Below, one piece after another: positions 12,660 to 25,000 of a stretch of DNA of 64,000 nt. A program made the translations under genes and the position numbers. Each line of letters begins with the position of its first letter. Positions within the stretch are counted from its first letter, which is position 1. Origin of the DNA: Phoronis australis (Eukaryota > Animalia > Phoronida); NCBI GenBank assembly GCA_002633005.1, contig NMRA01000754.1, positions 102,648-166,647 on the forward strand, read 5' to 3'. The notes beneath the pieces are model-generated. The model was not told where the DNA came from and made no database searches. It was given only the letters and a program-made list of their open reading frames with translations.

Positions 12660-14256
12660 GATTCTGTGGTAACAAGATAATAAACACGAGATCAGTTTTT
12701 ATTTAAACAAATGCCAAACCCTCAGGCACTAGCACATTAAAATTTTGATGTGGGCACAGTGTGCTGGGAAATTAACTTAGAAATACCATGTTAAGTGCAA
12801 CTCCCCCAGCAAATTGCCAGCCAGAAGAATTGTTCAGCAGATCCCATAGGCAGTGTTAAACTTTTGGTAGTTCAGCAAGGGGAAATCAATATTTCATTTC
12901 CACTGAAATTCAGACAACTTCTGTCAGCTAAATTTTCATTAAAACTTTAAAACACACCTTCCAATTATTGCTGCTTTAGTCCTTCATAGTGAACCAAAAG
13001 GTTAAGTTTGTTTACTGCATGGTAAATGAGAACTATTTATACACTGCGCTAGATATACATATAATGATTTTCTAATAAATCACCGCAAGTCTAATAACTT
13101 AGAGTGACACGCAATACATAACAAATAGACAGAGTGACAGAAACATTTTCCCATCCATCTTGAATCATTATTATACTCTTCCTCAGTATTCTGAAAATGT
13201 AAAAAGTCAATACATGACGACATCCCGTAGTGCTCCCAACTCTGAAGCCTGGGAGATAATTGGCCTGCTTGTTATCATACGGGACAAAAGACTGAGCTGG
13301 GAAGTCCACAAAATAGCCAGATGCTATCGCACGTTCAGCACCCCTCTCTGGAAAAGTTGCTGAACGACACAATGCTGTAATGAACTTTTAAGCATACAGT
13401 CTTGATAATTAGGCCCAACATCAATATATCGCTCCCAGCTGATAACTAGCGGGGTTTTACGACTCAAGACTGAGAAACCAAGTCTGATTGGCATGTAGTC
13501 GGTTAACACATGACGGCGACTCCCGTTGCTCCCAACTCGTTCAATTCTATAGCCCAACAACAAGTTGGGAAGTTTACCCCCGTAGCCAATATCGTACACC
13601 ACTGATTATAACTCCATACTAGCATTTATGGTTGGAGGGCCTGCGCTCTTTTGTTAGATAATTGCTCTAATCTCCAATCAGATCGTATCTAGCCTGACTG
13701 GGCTGCGCTGATAAAAATGAGAGTTAAGTTATAACAAATTTGTCAAAACATTCTAACGTAAGTATAAAAAACTATATAGTAGAAATTTAACTGTAGAGAG
13801 CAAAATATATTTTTATGACGAATAAATATTGCACATGATCTGATTAAGCTATAAGTTGGCCTAGTTGGTAATTTTTACTGCACATACTTTTAAAAGTTAA
13901 AAATAGGTTAGCACCAAGATGGATGCATGTTTTTAAACATGCTTAAAAGCCATTTTGAAAAGTTATTAACTAAATGATTTTAATTTGCTATTTACCAGTT
14001 TCCGGCACCTACTGCCAGTGCATGATCACAACTAAAATTTACTTTATGCATCTAAATCAGCAGGCGATAGGACCGTGAGGGATCATTTAGCAGTTTAGTC
14101 TGTGTACCAGTACAAAATAAGCCTCTATTCAACTATTCAAGTATCAGGATTAAAAGACTCCCAAGACCAAATCCATCCGGCAAAGGCAAATTTGAATACG
14201 AAATAACTTTTGACATTGATGAGTGTAACTGGCGAGTTTCACCCAGCAGTTTTTAC

Positions 14257-14412
14257 CTTACAGGTTGAAGAACATCTCCTGGCGTATATGACGGATTAGT
14301 GACTGCTCCACAACTGAGTCACTGAGTGTCAATGCGGTCATTGACACTGACTGATCATCACGAGTCACTGAATGAGAGCTCAGTCCAGCGTGACACCATA
14401 GTCTGGTGACAC
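14257..14412 (-). promoter_or_regulatory. Candidate non-coding first exon or promoter of the SLCO4-like gene
   Basis: The first coding exon has an acceptor, so an upstream exon is expected. An AG/GTAA donor lies at 14255-14256, next to a cluster of TGAC/TGAGTCA motifs. No transcript evidence. Confidence 0.3.
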
Positions 14413-14414
14413 TC

Positions 14415-15191
14415 TAGGCAATGACCATCGCCTCTGTTGGCCCGAACTCAAATCACCTACAACTTTTAAATAATAACGCTATCATGCACTAACCTTTGCT
14501 TTCCCTGTTCTTTCAATTGACATGTACACGGTAGTGGGAGTTCGGGTCACACACCCCGAGTGTCAAACTGTTGTGCGTGAACTTGGAATCTGCTAATCTC
14601 AAGATAAAGCATAACAGAGTGTTGCGTAAAAAGGTGAAATTTTTGTTCGGTGAAAAGAATTTTTATAATTATTGGCCTCGAGTTCAACCATTTTCTCTTT
14701 TACCGTAACTCGTGTCGCTGAACCAGAGGAATATGTGAATGGCTAAATAGATCATTGTTTGGTGAAACTGATCGCCCGTAGTTAAGGTTGGAATTTTGAT
14801 AATACACAAAACGTACCGAGAGCCAGAGTGGCGTACATCATAGACTACAGTATAATCTATGCGTACATGAAGTAATATCCCACGAGCCATTATTCCGCGT
14901 ATCGACCGAGACCGGAATAAGCCTGAGGTCGAGTGGGATACTACTTCATGTACGCCAATCGAGGTACGTTTGGCATTTATCCCATGCGCTTCGATGATTC
15001 CTAAGTTTCCTACATTTTTTCGGCAGACTTTTCAAATACTTCACCCAGACTGTTCACATGGCGGATCACATCCTATATGTATGTTCTTGTGCGTTAGGTT
15101 GCAAGTTTCATTTTCTCTTGAAAAAGAAACAGTTTTATAAGTCGATTTATTTTTTNTGCTTCGGGCCAACAGAGGCGATGGTCATTGCCTA
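14415..15191. mobile_element. 32-bp perfect inverted repeat pair with TA at the outer ends (TIRs of a DNA element)
   Basis: taggcaatgaccatcgcctctgttggcccgaa (14415-14446) is the exact reverse complement of 15160-15191. Confidence 0.65.
14832..14868. mobile_element. Micro-palindromic insertion CATAG...CTATG with 7-bp TSD (also at 15596-15632)
   Basis: cgtacat-catagactacagtataatctatg-cgtacat. Confidence 0.75.
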
Positions 15192-15500
15192 TCATGCACT
15201 AACCTTTGCTTTCCCTGTTCTTTCAATTGACATGTACACGGTAGTGGGAGTTCGGGTCACACACCCCGAGTGTCAAACTGTTGTGCGTGAACTTGGAATC
15301 TGCTTAATCTCAAGATAAAGCATAACAGAGTGTTGCGTGAACTTAGAATTGAATATCCTTTAAGGTAAAAAGGTGAAATTTTTGTTCGGTGAAAAGAATT
15401 TTTATAATTATTGGCCTCGAGTTCAACCATTTTCTCTTTTACCGTAACTCGTGTCGCTGAACCAGAGGAATATGTGAATGGCTAAATAGATCATTGTTTG

Positions 15501-15532
15501 GTGAAACCATAGATTATAGTCTATGGTGAAAC
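15501..15532. mobile_element. Micro-palindromic insertion CATAG...CTATG with 7-bp target-site duplication
   Basis: gtgaaac-catagattatagtctatg-gtgaaac; the duplicate copy has the empty site (single gtgaaac at 14762-14768). Confidence 0.8.
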
Positions 15533-16346
15533 TGATCGCCCGTAGTTAAGGTTGGAATTTTGACAATACACAAAACGTACCGAGAGCCAGAGTGGCGTAC
15601 ATCATAGACTACAGTATAATCTATGCGTACATGAAGTAATATCCCACGAGACATTCATTCCGCGTATCGACCGAGACCGGAATAAGCCTGAGGTCGAGTG
15701 GGATACTACTTCATGTACGCCAATCGAGGTACGTTTGGCATTTATCCCATGCGCTTCGATGATTCCTAAGTTTCCTACATTTTTTCGGCAGACTTTTCAA
15801 ATACTTCACCCAGACTGTTCACATGGCGGATCACATCCTATATGTATGTTCTTGTGCGTTAGGTTGCAAGTTTCATTTTCTCTTGAAAAAGAAACAGTTT
15901 TATAAGTCGATTTATTTTTTGAAAAGAGGTAGCAAAGATGAAAATAAACGGCAACTGAGCAGTGAACTTGTAACATCTCCTGAAAAAACAACAATATTTA
16001 AGATTTTAATTTAATAGGATTCGGCGCCTGAGTTGCAGACGATACTGAGAGAAAGTGTCTTGCTATAATTAACACTGAGTTTTTTTCCAGATTTTACGTT
16101 TAGGGCCTGGTTGCATGTCGAGTGTTAGTTCATACACTGTCTGTTGCAACTGTATTACTTAAAACTACATTCGGAAAGTTTGATGATCGAACCGGCTGGA
16201 GACGTCCGTCGCCGAGTCGGCGACATTGACCTACTTTGAACTTTTGAACTTTCCATGTCAGAGGGCACTGTTGAAGTAGCTGCGGGAGGTGAATACGGAA
16301 AACTTTATTACATGGCCGTATTTCGCTCTCGACAGCTTCAACGCGC

Positions 16347-16532
16347 GTGGGATAAATAGATTATTACATGGCGAAATCATTATCCCCCGTTAGAGCCCGA
16401 GTGGATTTTGGAGAATTATCACCCCCCGGCGAGGGGCGTTAGCCCCGAGGGTGTGATAATTCTCCAAAATCCACGAGGGCTCTAGATACGGGGGATAACG
16501 ACTGAGAACATGTAATAATCTATTTATACCAC
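16347..16532. repeat. ~185-bp foldback hairpin element
   Basis: Arms ataaatagattattacatg...gtggattttggagaattatcac and gtgataattctccaaaatccac...catgtaataatctatttat are reverse complements. Confidence 0.85.
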
Positions 16533-16801
16533 ATACTGAACGAGAAACATTGCAATGAACCTTTCTCGACTAGCCTCGGCTTTGTAACTTAACTTTCTAT
16601 GTCAGAGCGGGCCCGGTGTCGGAGGTCGTGACCTTTTATTAGAAAAGCCGAGCTATTTTTGTCAAATAATACTATACTCAAACCAATTGAAAATTTAAAC
16701 AAAATAGAAATATAGTGAATCTATAAGGTTTCAACTATTATATACACATTTTATCACGCTTAGCTTCGACCGGGAATATATCGTCTGCTAAAGTAGGTTA
16801 A

Positions 16802-17584
16802 CACTGCAAAAGGTACCCGCTCATCCAAAACCTTTACGGCAAACAGATGGCGCTGGATGCAATGATGCTTTACCAACAGGCAGCGCTGCTTACACTCATG
16901 TGACATTCTTGTGTGAACTGAATCTTGTGTTGATAGAACATAAAATACAGACGTTTCAACTTGGTGAACCATCAGCTGCCGTGTCGTGCCACGGCCAGTC
17001 CGGCTGCTGGGCTCAGTGTTGTTGGCTAACGAGACGCTGAACGAAAAAGAAAATATCGCAGAGAATAAAACCTAACATGTATATCACCATGTATAATTCA
17101 AGCATAATTTAAAAAATATAGTGGTTATATTTCAACCTAATTAAAATTATGGTTGTGAAGTTGCCAAAATCTCGCCGGGCGGAAAAGTGGCCGGGCCCGG
17201 ATTAGTAGCCTCACCATGGTCACGTTCATTTAATATATATTTTACCCCAGCGTTTAGGCCGAGCAACCACAACAGCGTATATTATTAACACTTTCACCTT
17301 AATTACATGTTATAAATAGTTGTTACAAATGGGGTTTTAAACATGGAATGTCGGACACAAAGATTTCTTTTCCACACAAATTCGCCACTCATCAGGACAT
17401 ACACTGTCTGGATCATGAACTCTCGTGACCTGTGGCTACAGTCAGCAGCAGCAGAATGTAGGTCAAGGTTCTTGGTTAAGATTCTCTGGCAGACAGTCTT
17501 ACTTGAGCGATAAAATGACACGTGATTGATGAAAAGCGCCATCTGTTAGCCGTAAAGGTTTTGGATGAGCGGGTACCTTTTGCG
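16802..17584. mobile_element. Non-autonomous piggyBac-type MITE (~50-bp TIRs, TTAA TSD)
   Basis: gcaaaaggtacccgctcatccaaaacctttacggc..acagatggcgct at 16806-16854 is mirrored at 17535-17583; TTAA at 16798-16801 and 17585-17588. Confidence 0.75.
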
Positions 17585-17850
17585 TTAACACTAGTAACAG
17601 AGTATAATGCTCAAATCAAAGGATCCCGACGACACGATAACCGCATTCAAATTGGAGATCGGCGATTTACAAGTGAGAGAACACGAGAGAAAAATTTCAC
17701 TGATTTAAACTTAGTTGAATATCGTTTTTATGGAAATTATGCGTCTTATTTTTCATAGCATATAAATGTCGGTGCAATGCCCTTTGCTGAAGATGCGATT
17801 GTTGCTCGTGCTCATTTAAGTATTCTATTTTCGCGTTCGATTACGTCAGC

Positions 17851-17912
17851 CGCTGAGTGGTGTATTGGTAAAGTCGGCGACTCTTGAGGCCCGGGTTCAA
17901 ATCCAGCCACGG
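17851..17912 (+). mobile_element. tRNA-derived SINE head or tRNA-like remnant
   Basis: A-box-like tggtgtattgg (17858) and B-box ggttcaaatcc (17894); no intact cloverleaf. Confidence 0.45.
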
Positions 17913-18664
17913 ATTCCGCCAAAATGTTATCTCACTGGTGAGAAAACTTTATTAAACGGTTGTATCGGCCATTCGAGGCTAAAATTGTGGTGAATTATTT
18001 TATTCAAATGTAACTTGATTTAGTGCAGTAACGTGATTATTTGACAATTAGTTGCCTCGCGTATTCCAAGTTCACGCAACACTCGCTTTTGCTTAATTTT
18101 GAGACTTGACAAGATGTTAAGTTCACGCATAACAAAACATTTATTTACTATTAAATTTATTTTTAAACTAGCGACATCTACCGAAGAAAAAGTACAACAA
18201 GCAGAGGGAGACAAACAATCCCATTGGACGGCCACTGGCGGCCATTGTTTTTCCATGGACCGTAGAGTCGTGTAGCGGACGTGTGTGGAATATACAAATA
18301 TGGCAAGACAACACGGCTCCAGACGGTAAAAAGAAACGGTGCTTTTTGCAATACCTGCGTCTGCAGCAACAGTTAATTGAAAATTCGTGACTTTTTTGCT
18401 TCCCCACTTATTAAGATAGATAATGTTCACGATTGAAACAAAAAATGTTTTTGTGTGAAACTGCTGCCAGTCAACCATGCAGTGATGGACCGGGTGCTTT
18501 GAACTTTTATGTCTTTACAGTTCCCTGCATTTGATCGCTTATATAGAAAATTATCGTTAATTGTTTGCATGATTTTGGGAAATATTGATTAGTGTATGCT
18601 ATGCCCATTGATTACTTTCTTTCATTTCTTTCTGCAGTCTTAATTCATTCAGATCTAAAAGATT

Positions 18665-18810
18665 ATAACATTTACTATTACTACTTATTTACTAATTTTA
18701 TTATTGTTATATTATCATATATTTGTTATTATTTATTTATTATTATTTATTTTTATTTATTTATTTATTCATTGTTTTTATTGATTTGCTGTTACTTATT
18801 TAAATTATTT
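18665..18810. repeat. AT-rich low-complexity (TTA/TTTA)n tract
   Basis: Direct inspection. Confidence 0.8.
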
Positions 18811-19689
18811 CTTGTGATCTCATACAGTTAACATTCTGGCCATCGTTGGTCAATAATTTATATTACATAATCATGATATGGACTTCAGTGCATAATAAAT
18901 ATTAATTGTATGGTTTGGTAACCCGCTTGATAATTTTCCACAAGAAGTGTCGAAGGAAGTGTTCTTTTAAAAGCACATTGAGTCTTACATCGGTGGGTAT
19001 GTCGATCGTATGTGTACTACTTTGAAACCCCGTCAAACTCAGTGGCGATGTCGTTTCTTTAGATTTTTGTTTTGACATGGGTCTTAAAGCATCAAGTCAG
19101 GAAATAAGGCGTCATTATGTTATTTACTTTGAAGTTGGCCGCTTTTACCTGCCGATGTAGGCTGAATATGCCTTAACTATCTGCTGATAGTTGATTTTAA
19201 AAAGTATGAATGTTTTACAAGAGCTGGAACGCATCGTAAAAACTATCTTAAATGGACTGTGTATCCAATAGGCGTCTTGGCTATGGGCATATAAGGCAAG
19301 TTTATTGGAATGTAGACAGGAATTCCATCTGTTGCTGGTTTTCAACCCCCTACCCTCGAATCCAGTTTCATTCAACACAACCCACCCTAATTTCGCTACC
19401 CATTTCAGATAACATCAGGCACGGATCCAGTGAATCATAAGATAGCGACTCCACTCTATTCCCTTAAAACTGCTGCATATTTGTGCCGTGATTTTGTAAC
19501 ATGAATAAAAGGGTCTTCAGATGCAAACTTGGACTAGAAACTCATAGGCATAAAGTATAATGTACTCGAGCACAGTCTGATAACCACTTATATTGCGTTG
19601 GGACAAAAGGAGCAGAGAAATTGACAAATACAATTTCGAGTTCGTTTCGAGTACAAAGATTAGAGACCGGCCAGTGGTTTGTCAGTAGC

Positions 19690-20830
19690 TACAGATAGTT
19701 CAAATTCACCGTGCTGTATTTTTTTCTCTTCCACGTAGTTACCGGGCATTTTACGAAACATTAATTCTTGAACACACCTTGCTGTCGTGCATCGAGATGG
19801 TACCCAGGGGATCTGTTTGCGGACTTCACTACGTTCCTTAGATCTTCTCACTACGTTGTGGACTTTGTTTGCTCACTTTGTTTACTCATTTTTGGCATTT
19901 TTTGCCTCTTCATCTTCATTATAAGGTCCTCTTTTATTCTTAACATTTTCTAATAATCTGAAAGCTGGGCCCTAGTATTTTAATGAAAATAAATGTAGAC
20001 GCCTCTTAAATTAGGATCATTCAATGAACATAAGTTCAGCACTGCTATTCATTTTCAATATAGAATAAGTACTCTAAAAGGCTTCGACGTCGTTAAATTT
20101 ACTCTCGCTATGAATGTTAAAAATGGAATAAGTGGAGAAGATAAAATAATAAAAGAGTTTGGACAATGAAGGGACTACAGAATGCGTATTTCATTTAACC
20201 GGCTAGTCAATGACTTCATGTCTGTCCATTGTCAGCGAGACCAAGGACACACATAATGGGGAGACTATCTATTCTTGATTCTGGATAGACGTCGGGAGTA
20301 TTTTCATTAATTGAATTCGCCTAGACAAACTGCAAGGTTAGGACCATCACATAACCGTACTTCCACAAAAAACGACGCTCACGTACGTGTCTCGATCAAT
20401 GTGACCAATTACCCACCAGGAATTGCTTAAATTTTGCAGATTGGATGCAACGAACTTGGTGTTGTTGTTGTAACAAAACACTCAAAACTGGGCTAAACAG
20501 TAATGTGTTTTACGCAAATAGAGCAAAACAAGCTATAGGCTAATTCAGTAAGGTCATTGGCTTTCTTTCCAGCCCGCGTTGACTTGTCGAGTTGTTTAGT
20601 CACTCTCAAAAATGTCTTTATAAAACCATTTCTGTGATCTCATGTCCTCGGACGACCACACCACTTCCCTCGTTCCACTCAGTTTCCAAAAGTCCTTTAA
20701 CTTTTATGGGTTTGTCTGATTGTGGGAACAGTTTACCCAGTCTGGATCCACTGTTCCTCCAAGCCTGTTGCTTCCGTTGACTTCTTTTGGCATCACTTTC
20801 CTTGCTCTTCTTCTATGACATCAATTTGTT
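19690..20830 (-). mobile_element. Possible very decayed Tc1/mariner-like transposase remnant
   Basis: Frameshifted echoes in the expected order: CGRPRT, DTYVSVVFCGSTV (cf. first catalytic D region) and GYH..MHDS (cf. MQDN). Weak. Confidence 0.2.
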
Positions 20831-21769
20831 CTGTAATCAGTCCTGTGAGGAATTTTTTTCCACAGGAAAAAGTGTTCTGACCATTTTCTATTTATGTTAT
20901 TGACGACAGAGCCACCAGGAAAATACGTCTGCCCTCATTATACCTAGAACTGTGTGCTGTCATTGAAACCCACGTGATCACAGTTCCATGGAAGTACGTC
21001 AATAGTTTGTTGGACCTAGCTCCACACAGTGGGGTGACTTGGATACTTTAAACCAGCCTCATGATTGTCAACAAAAACGAAACTTTGACTTTACACTCGA
21101 TATTTTTAAGGTTGAAAACTATGATAGGTGATTCTAGCCACTATTTCTAGGATAAGCATTGTACTTCTGTGACCATCGCAGATAAACTTTTAGTTACCTG
21201 TAACGTTTTATTTACGTGTATGCTCTTGTCTCTACGGATATTCTTGGATTTTGCATGTTAAGTGATTTGTTATTCTTGATGTCATTGCTTTAATTTTAGT
21301 TTAAAAAATCTGCTAATGAAACGCATACTTTTCTTGTTGTCCTTCCTGGCTGTGTAATCACTTTTTCTTTGGTTGTGTTTCATGATTTGGTAGCGATTTC
21401 TCTGTTTGTACATTTCATTTTGATCCCTCAGTTATCGCATATTGTCAGAGACTGAAGGATGTACAGTGTAAATATGAATATATTATTAGCCTCATTTAAT
21501 TTTCACTGCACTGTGTGCATGACACTTGATGAACTGATTTTTGAAATGTTTCTGGTTTTTAAGATTTTTATATTTTACTTATGTTTACTTAAGTGTATTT
21601 TAGGAATTGCGTTTTATTTTCTGCAATTAATCAGTGTCAATGAAATATTAATAGAACTCAAGTTTGTTAAATCTTATATGAGAATCATTAAATTTGTTAC
21701 TTTACCCCACTCTTGTGTTAGTGAAAATCGAAATTTTTGAATGCCTGTCCTATTGAAACTTATTGCTTT

Positions 21770-22070
21770 TGGAAAACTTCAGTTTTCAAAAAAGTAGTTC
21801 CTTGAAAAAACTTAAGTTTTGATGACTTATGTTTGTTACTAAAATTTTGTTCCAAAACGTAATTTTTTCAAAAACTTAAGTTTCTGAAGCTTAAGTTTCC
21901 AAAAACTTAAGTAGTTTGGATTAAGTTTTTGGAACGAACTTAAGTTTTTAAAACTTAAGTTTTTAGAACTTAAGTTTTTGAAAAACTTGAATTCGTTCCA
22001 AAAAGTTGTTCCAAAATACTTAAGTTTTCGCTAAAAACTTAAGTTTTTCCATAAAAACGTAAGTTCATTT
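21770..22070. repeat. Array of the palindromic motif AAAACTTAAGTTTT
   Basis: About ten exact or near-exact copies of aaacttaagttt at irregular short spacing. Confidence 0.8.
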
Positions 22071-25000
22071 TTGTAAGAGACCAACGGGGGTTTCGCATCA
22101 ACTCTCGGGCGGCATCTACTGTTGTCAGTTTTAGCTAGCCTACCCAGCCATGCAGATAGATCTGTCGTTTGGGTCTCACTTGTTGTAGCGTTAACTTCTC
22201 TAATCTCTACCGTTACTTAGTATCTAAAATTTTGTTTTTATCGGTGTCGTTTATTTTGTTGTTTCTCATACTCCTGGGCTTAGCCTCAAAGGCTTATGCA
22301 CCTTTTCCCTTGTAACTTTTTACTCCTTGTATGTTTTGTACACATATTTTGCTTTTGTATACTACAGCCTCGAGTGGGCCTTTTCAATATTCCACCATCG
22401 CGTTTTTCCTTCTACCCATCTTGCTGAGTCTTGTTTCCTAATATTTTGTACATGAGGCACCCCATAATACATGTCATTATTGGACCATATACTTCTTGTC
22501 TTACTCTGCAGCATAACCTGTCGCACGGCCTACGGTAAAATTCGTCAGCTGTAAATCCCTGCTATATCACTGTAGCTATTTCAGACCACTATCGAACTAC
22601 TTTTGTACAACACCTCGCGTCCACGCACACAATTGGTAGGTCCGAAATACGCTTTTTCAGCCAAACACCATGAACTAACTAGAATCCTTTTCAATCAATC
22701 TTTTGTTTAGGTTTGCCAAATGAAAAATGATATGGTCTGCTGAACACGGGTGGAGAAAAAGCAGAGTCAAGTCTTAAGGGAGGTGAATGTTGATGGCCGG
22801 TAAGAAACGTTGAAAATTCAAATCTTCAACATGATGCATGTCCACAGGAAAGAAAAAATTACCTTACCGCCGGGCGGATGCGTGTTGCACGCTGAAATGA
22901 TAAACTTCTAAAACAGTAGTCAGGTACAATTCTCAAAAGAAGTAAAATACATATAGATGCTTAAAGGTAGCTCAACCTCTGTCATGTTTTGTTCTCCTTA
23001 ATCTCAAGACTGTTGAGTATCTTCTTGTATTGGATAATCTAAAACGGCAATGTTCATACTTTCACCGAAAAAACTTTAACATGCGAGAACCTTACACGTG
23101 CGCGCATCTAAATAAACAGATTAGTCTGGAACTCGAAGTGATTCTAAGGTCATTCCCAGCACATCCATATCTTCTGACAAACATATACCCAAGTTGCGTA
23201 ACAATTATACCGACAGTAATGTTGTGCCCAAGATTTACGTTTCAGAAAAGAACAGCGGCTGTTTAATGATTACCATTTTAAGTAATGAAGTTCGACATCG
23301 GACACATTTTAAAATGCGCGTTTGCACTTTACCCTATACCGTGCCACTGTTGGGGCCACGAACCTTATGTACGCACAACCCCAATCCACTTTTAAACACA
23401 ACTAGAAGCTTCCCTCGCAATCCCTACGTTTCGCCATCACTTAGACTTTGTTAGCTTCGCTGCATACAGATTCGAGTTACGGACATTTAAGTTTACTGGT
23501 CTTCTCAATTTTTAGTGCACCCACGGTGCATATGAGGCACTCCCTTTAGATTCCTCCGTTCGAGGACGATTTCTATCCAGCCACCGCTTAATGGTAGTCA
23601 AACGCAAACAATTAAGAAACAGAATGATATTGCTTATAAGATGTTTATGTATGCACTGCACAAATCAAATACATGTACGCAGTCTGCTGGAAAGACGCTG
23701 TCATCCAATAGATGTCTCCCTGATCAGTCACAAAGTAGAGTCGGCACTGCTGACAAGACAGTAACACTCAATGGTATTGTCCGATTTTACAGTCCCTTAA
23801 CCAAAACGACAGTTCCGTATACACACCCTATCATAGATCGTAACAATAGGCAAAATTAAACGTAACAGCCAACAACAAATGACCAGCCATTCATCACCCA
23901 GTCTATCTTGAACTATTATGATCGGCTACAACAGGTCAGGGTTAGCACAACGATTATGTTTTAGAAATACTTGCAATGAAAGTTCAAACTTCACCAAGTC
24001 AGACATTTGTCCACAATTTGACCTCAGTATAAAATACAACATATTATCACATTATCAGAAACAGGGACTAGGATTGAGGACTTAAACTATTACGTAATAC
24101 ATAGAATGTAAAATCCGGCTGGTGGTGAAAAAATAAACTATGCATGCAACAGCATACCGACAGATGTACACTGAAAGCTGGACAGGAACAATATTTTAAG
24201 AAAAAGGCTTACTGAGTCTATATTGCACCCACTTTACAAATAACGCAATAGTAATACTTTAATAAAAGAAAATCAGAAGTCCAAAATGTAATAACAAAAT
24301 CTATATCAGAGAAACTCCAACAGCAAAAAAAAGCTTCTTCAAGTCCAGAATTAGTTGAAATCACCTACGCTGAGGGAAATTTTGATACTGTTGTCAAACA
24401 TTTGAAATGTGCTACAGCTTAATAAATGAATAGCAACAAACCCTATAACATTGCCATTTCCTTATACAGACAAATTGATGACATGCATCAAACAATAAAC
24501 GCTGAGCACTAGTAAGTTTTCAGTTGTTTATACCAACTAAATACTAAGATTATTGTCCAAATTTGCAAAACTTTTCCAATGCTGGCATACTACACTTACC
24601 AATAAATGTTAAGTTACATAGCAGCACTTTAACTAGTTTTGGAAATAGCATTAACAGCTCAACAGTGGAAAATGAAGTCAACTAATCACAGAGGTTTTAG
24701 GACATAGATTATGTAACACAAACAGGTCACTCCTGTCAAAACGTGCAATATTTGAAAGTAAACATAATATCAATGTAACTGCAATGGTCAACAGTATCAT
24801 CAAATCTTAAGTATAGGACAAGTGAAAAACACGAAACCATGTGCAAGCATCAACAATGCTAAAATGATAACTTCGTCAAAACCTACACTTCACCCTGCTA
24901 AAGAACGGAAAATGAATTGGATCTCGTAACATCCCTTACCATAACAGAAATCCATTTCTGTTACCCAACAGGCAAAAATGTGCGCATGTACCATTTTTCA

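Larger units (their letters stand above)
14479..15920. repeat. Near-identical direct duplication (14479-15155 vs 15189-15920) separated by a single N; probably two haplotypes
   Basis: Long exact matches with a few indels; junction at N15156. Confidence 0.85.

Noticed and set aside
17851-17912. Functional tRNA gene
   Set aside because: A and B boxes are present but I could not form acceptor and anticodon stems; treated as a SINE-like head.
18592-18831. Hydrophobic 79-aa ORF
   Set aside because: Translation of an AT-rich low-complexity tract.
19876-19957. AG/GT-bounded purine-rich segment that looks like a minus-strand exon
   Set aside because: Each reading frame contains a stop codon, and no partner exons or recognisable protein were found.
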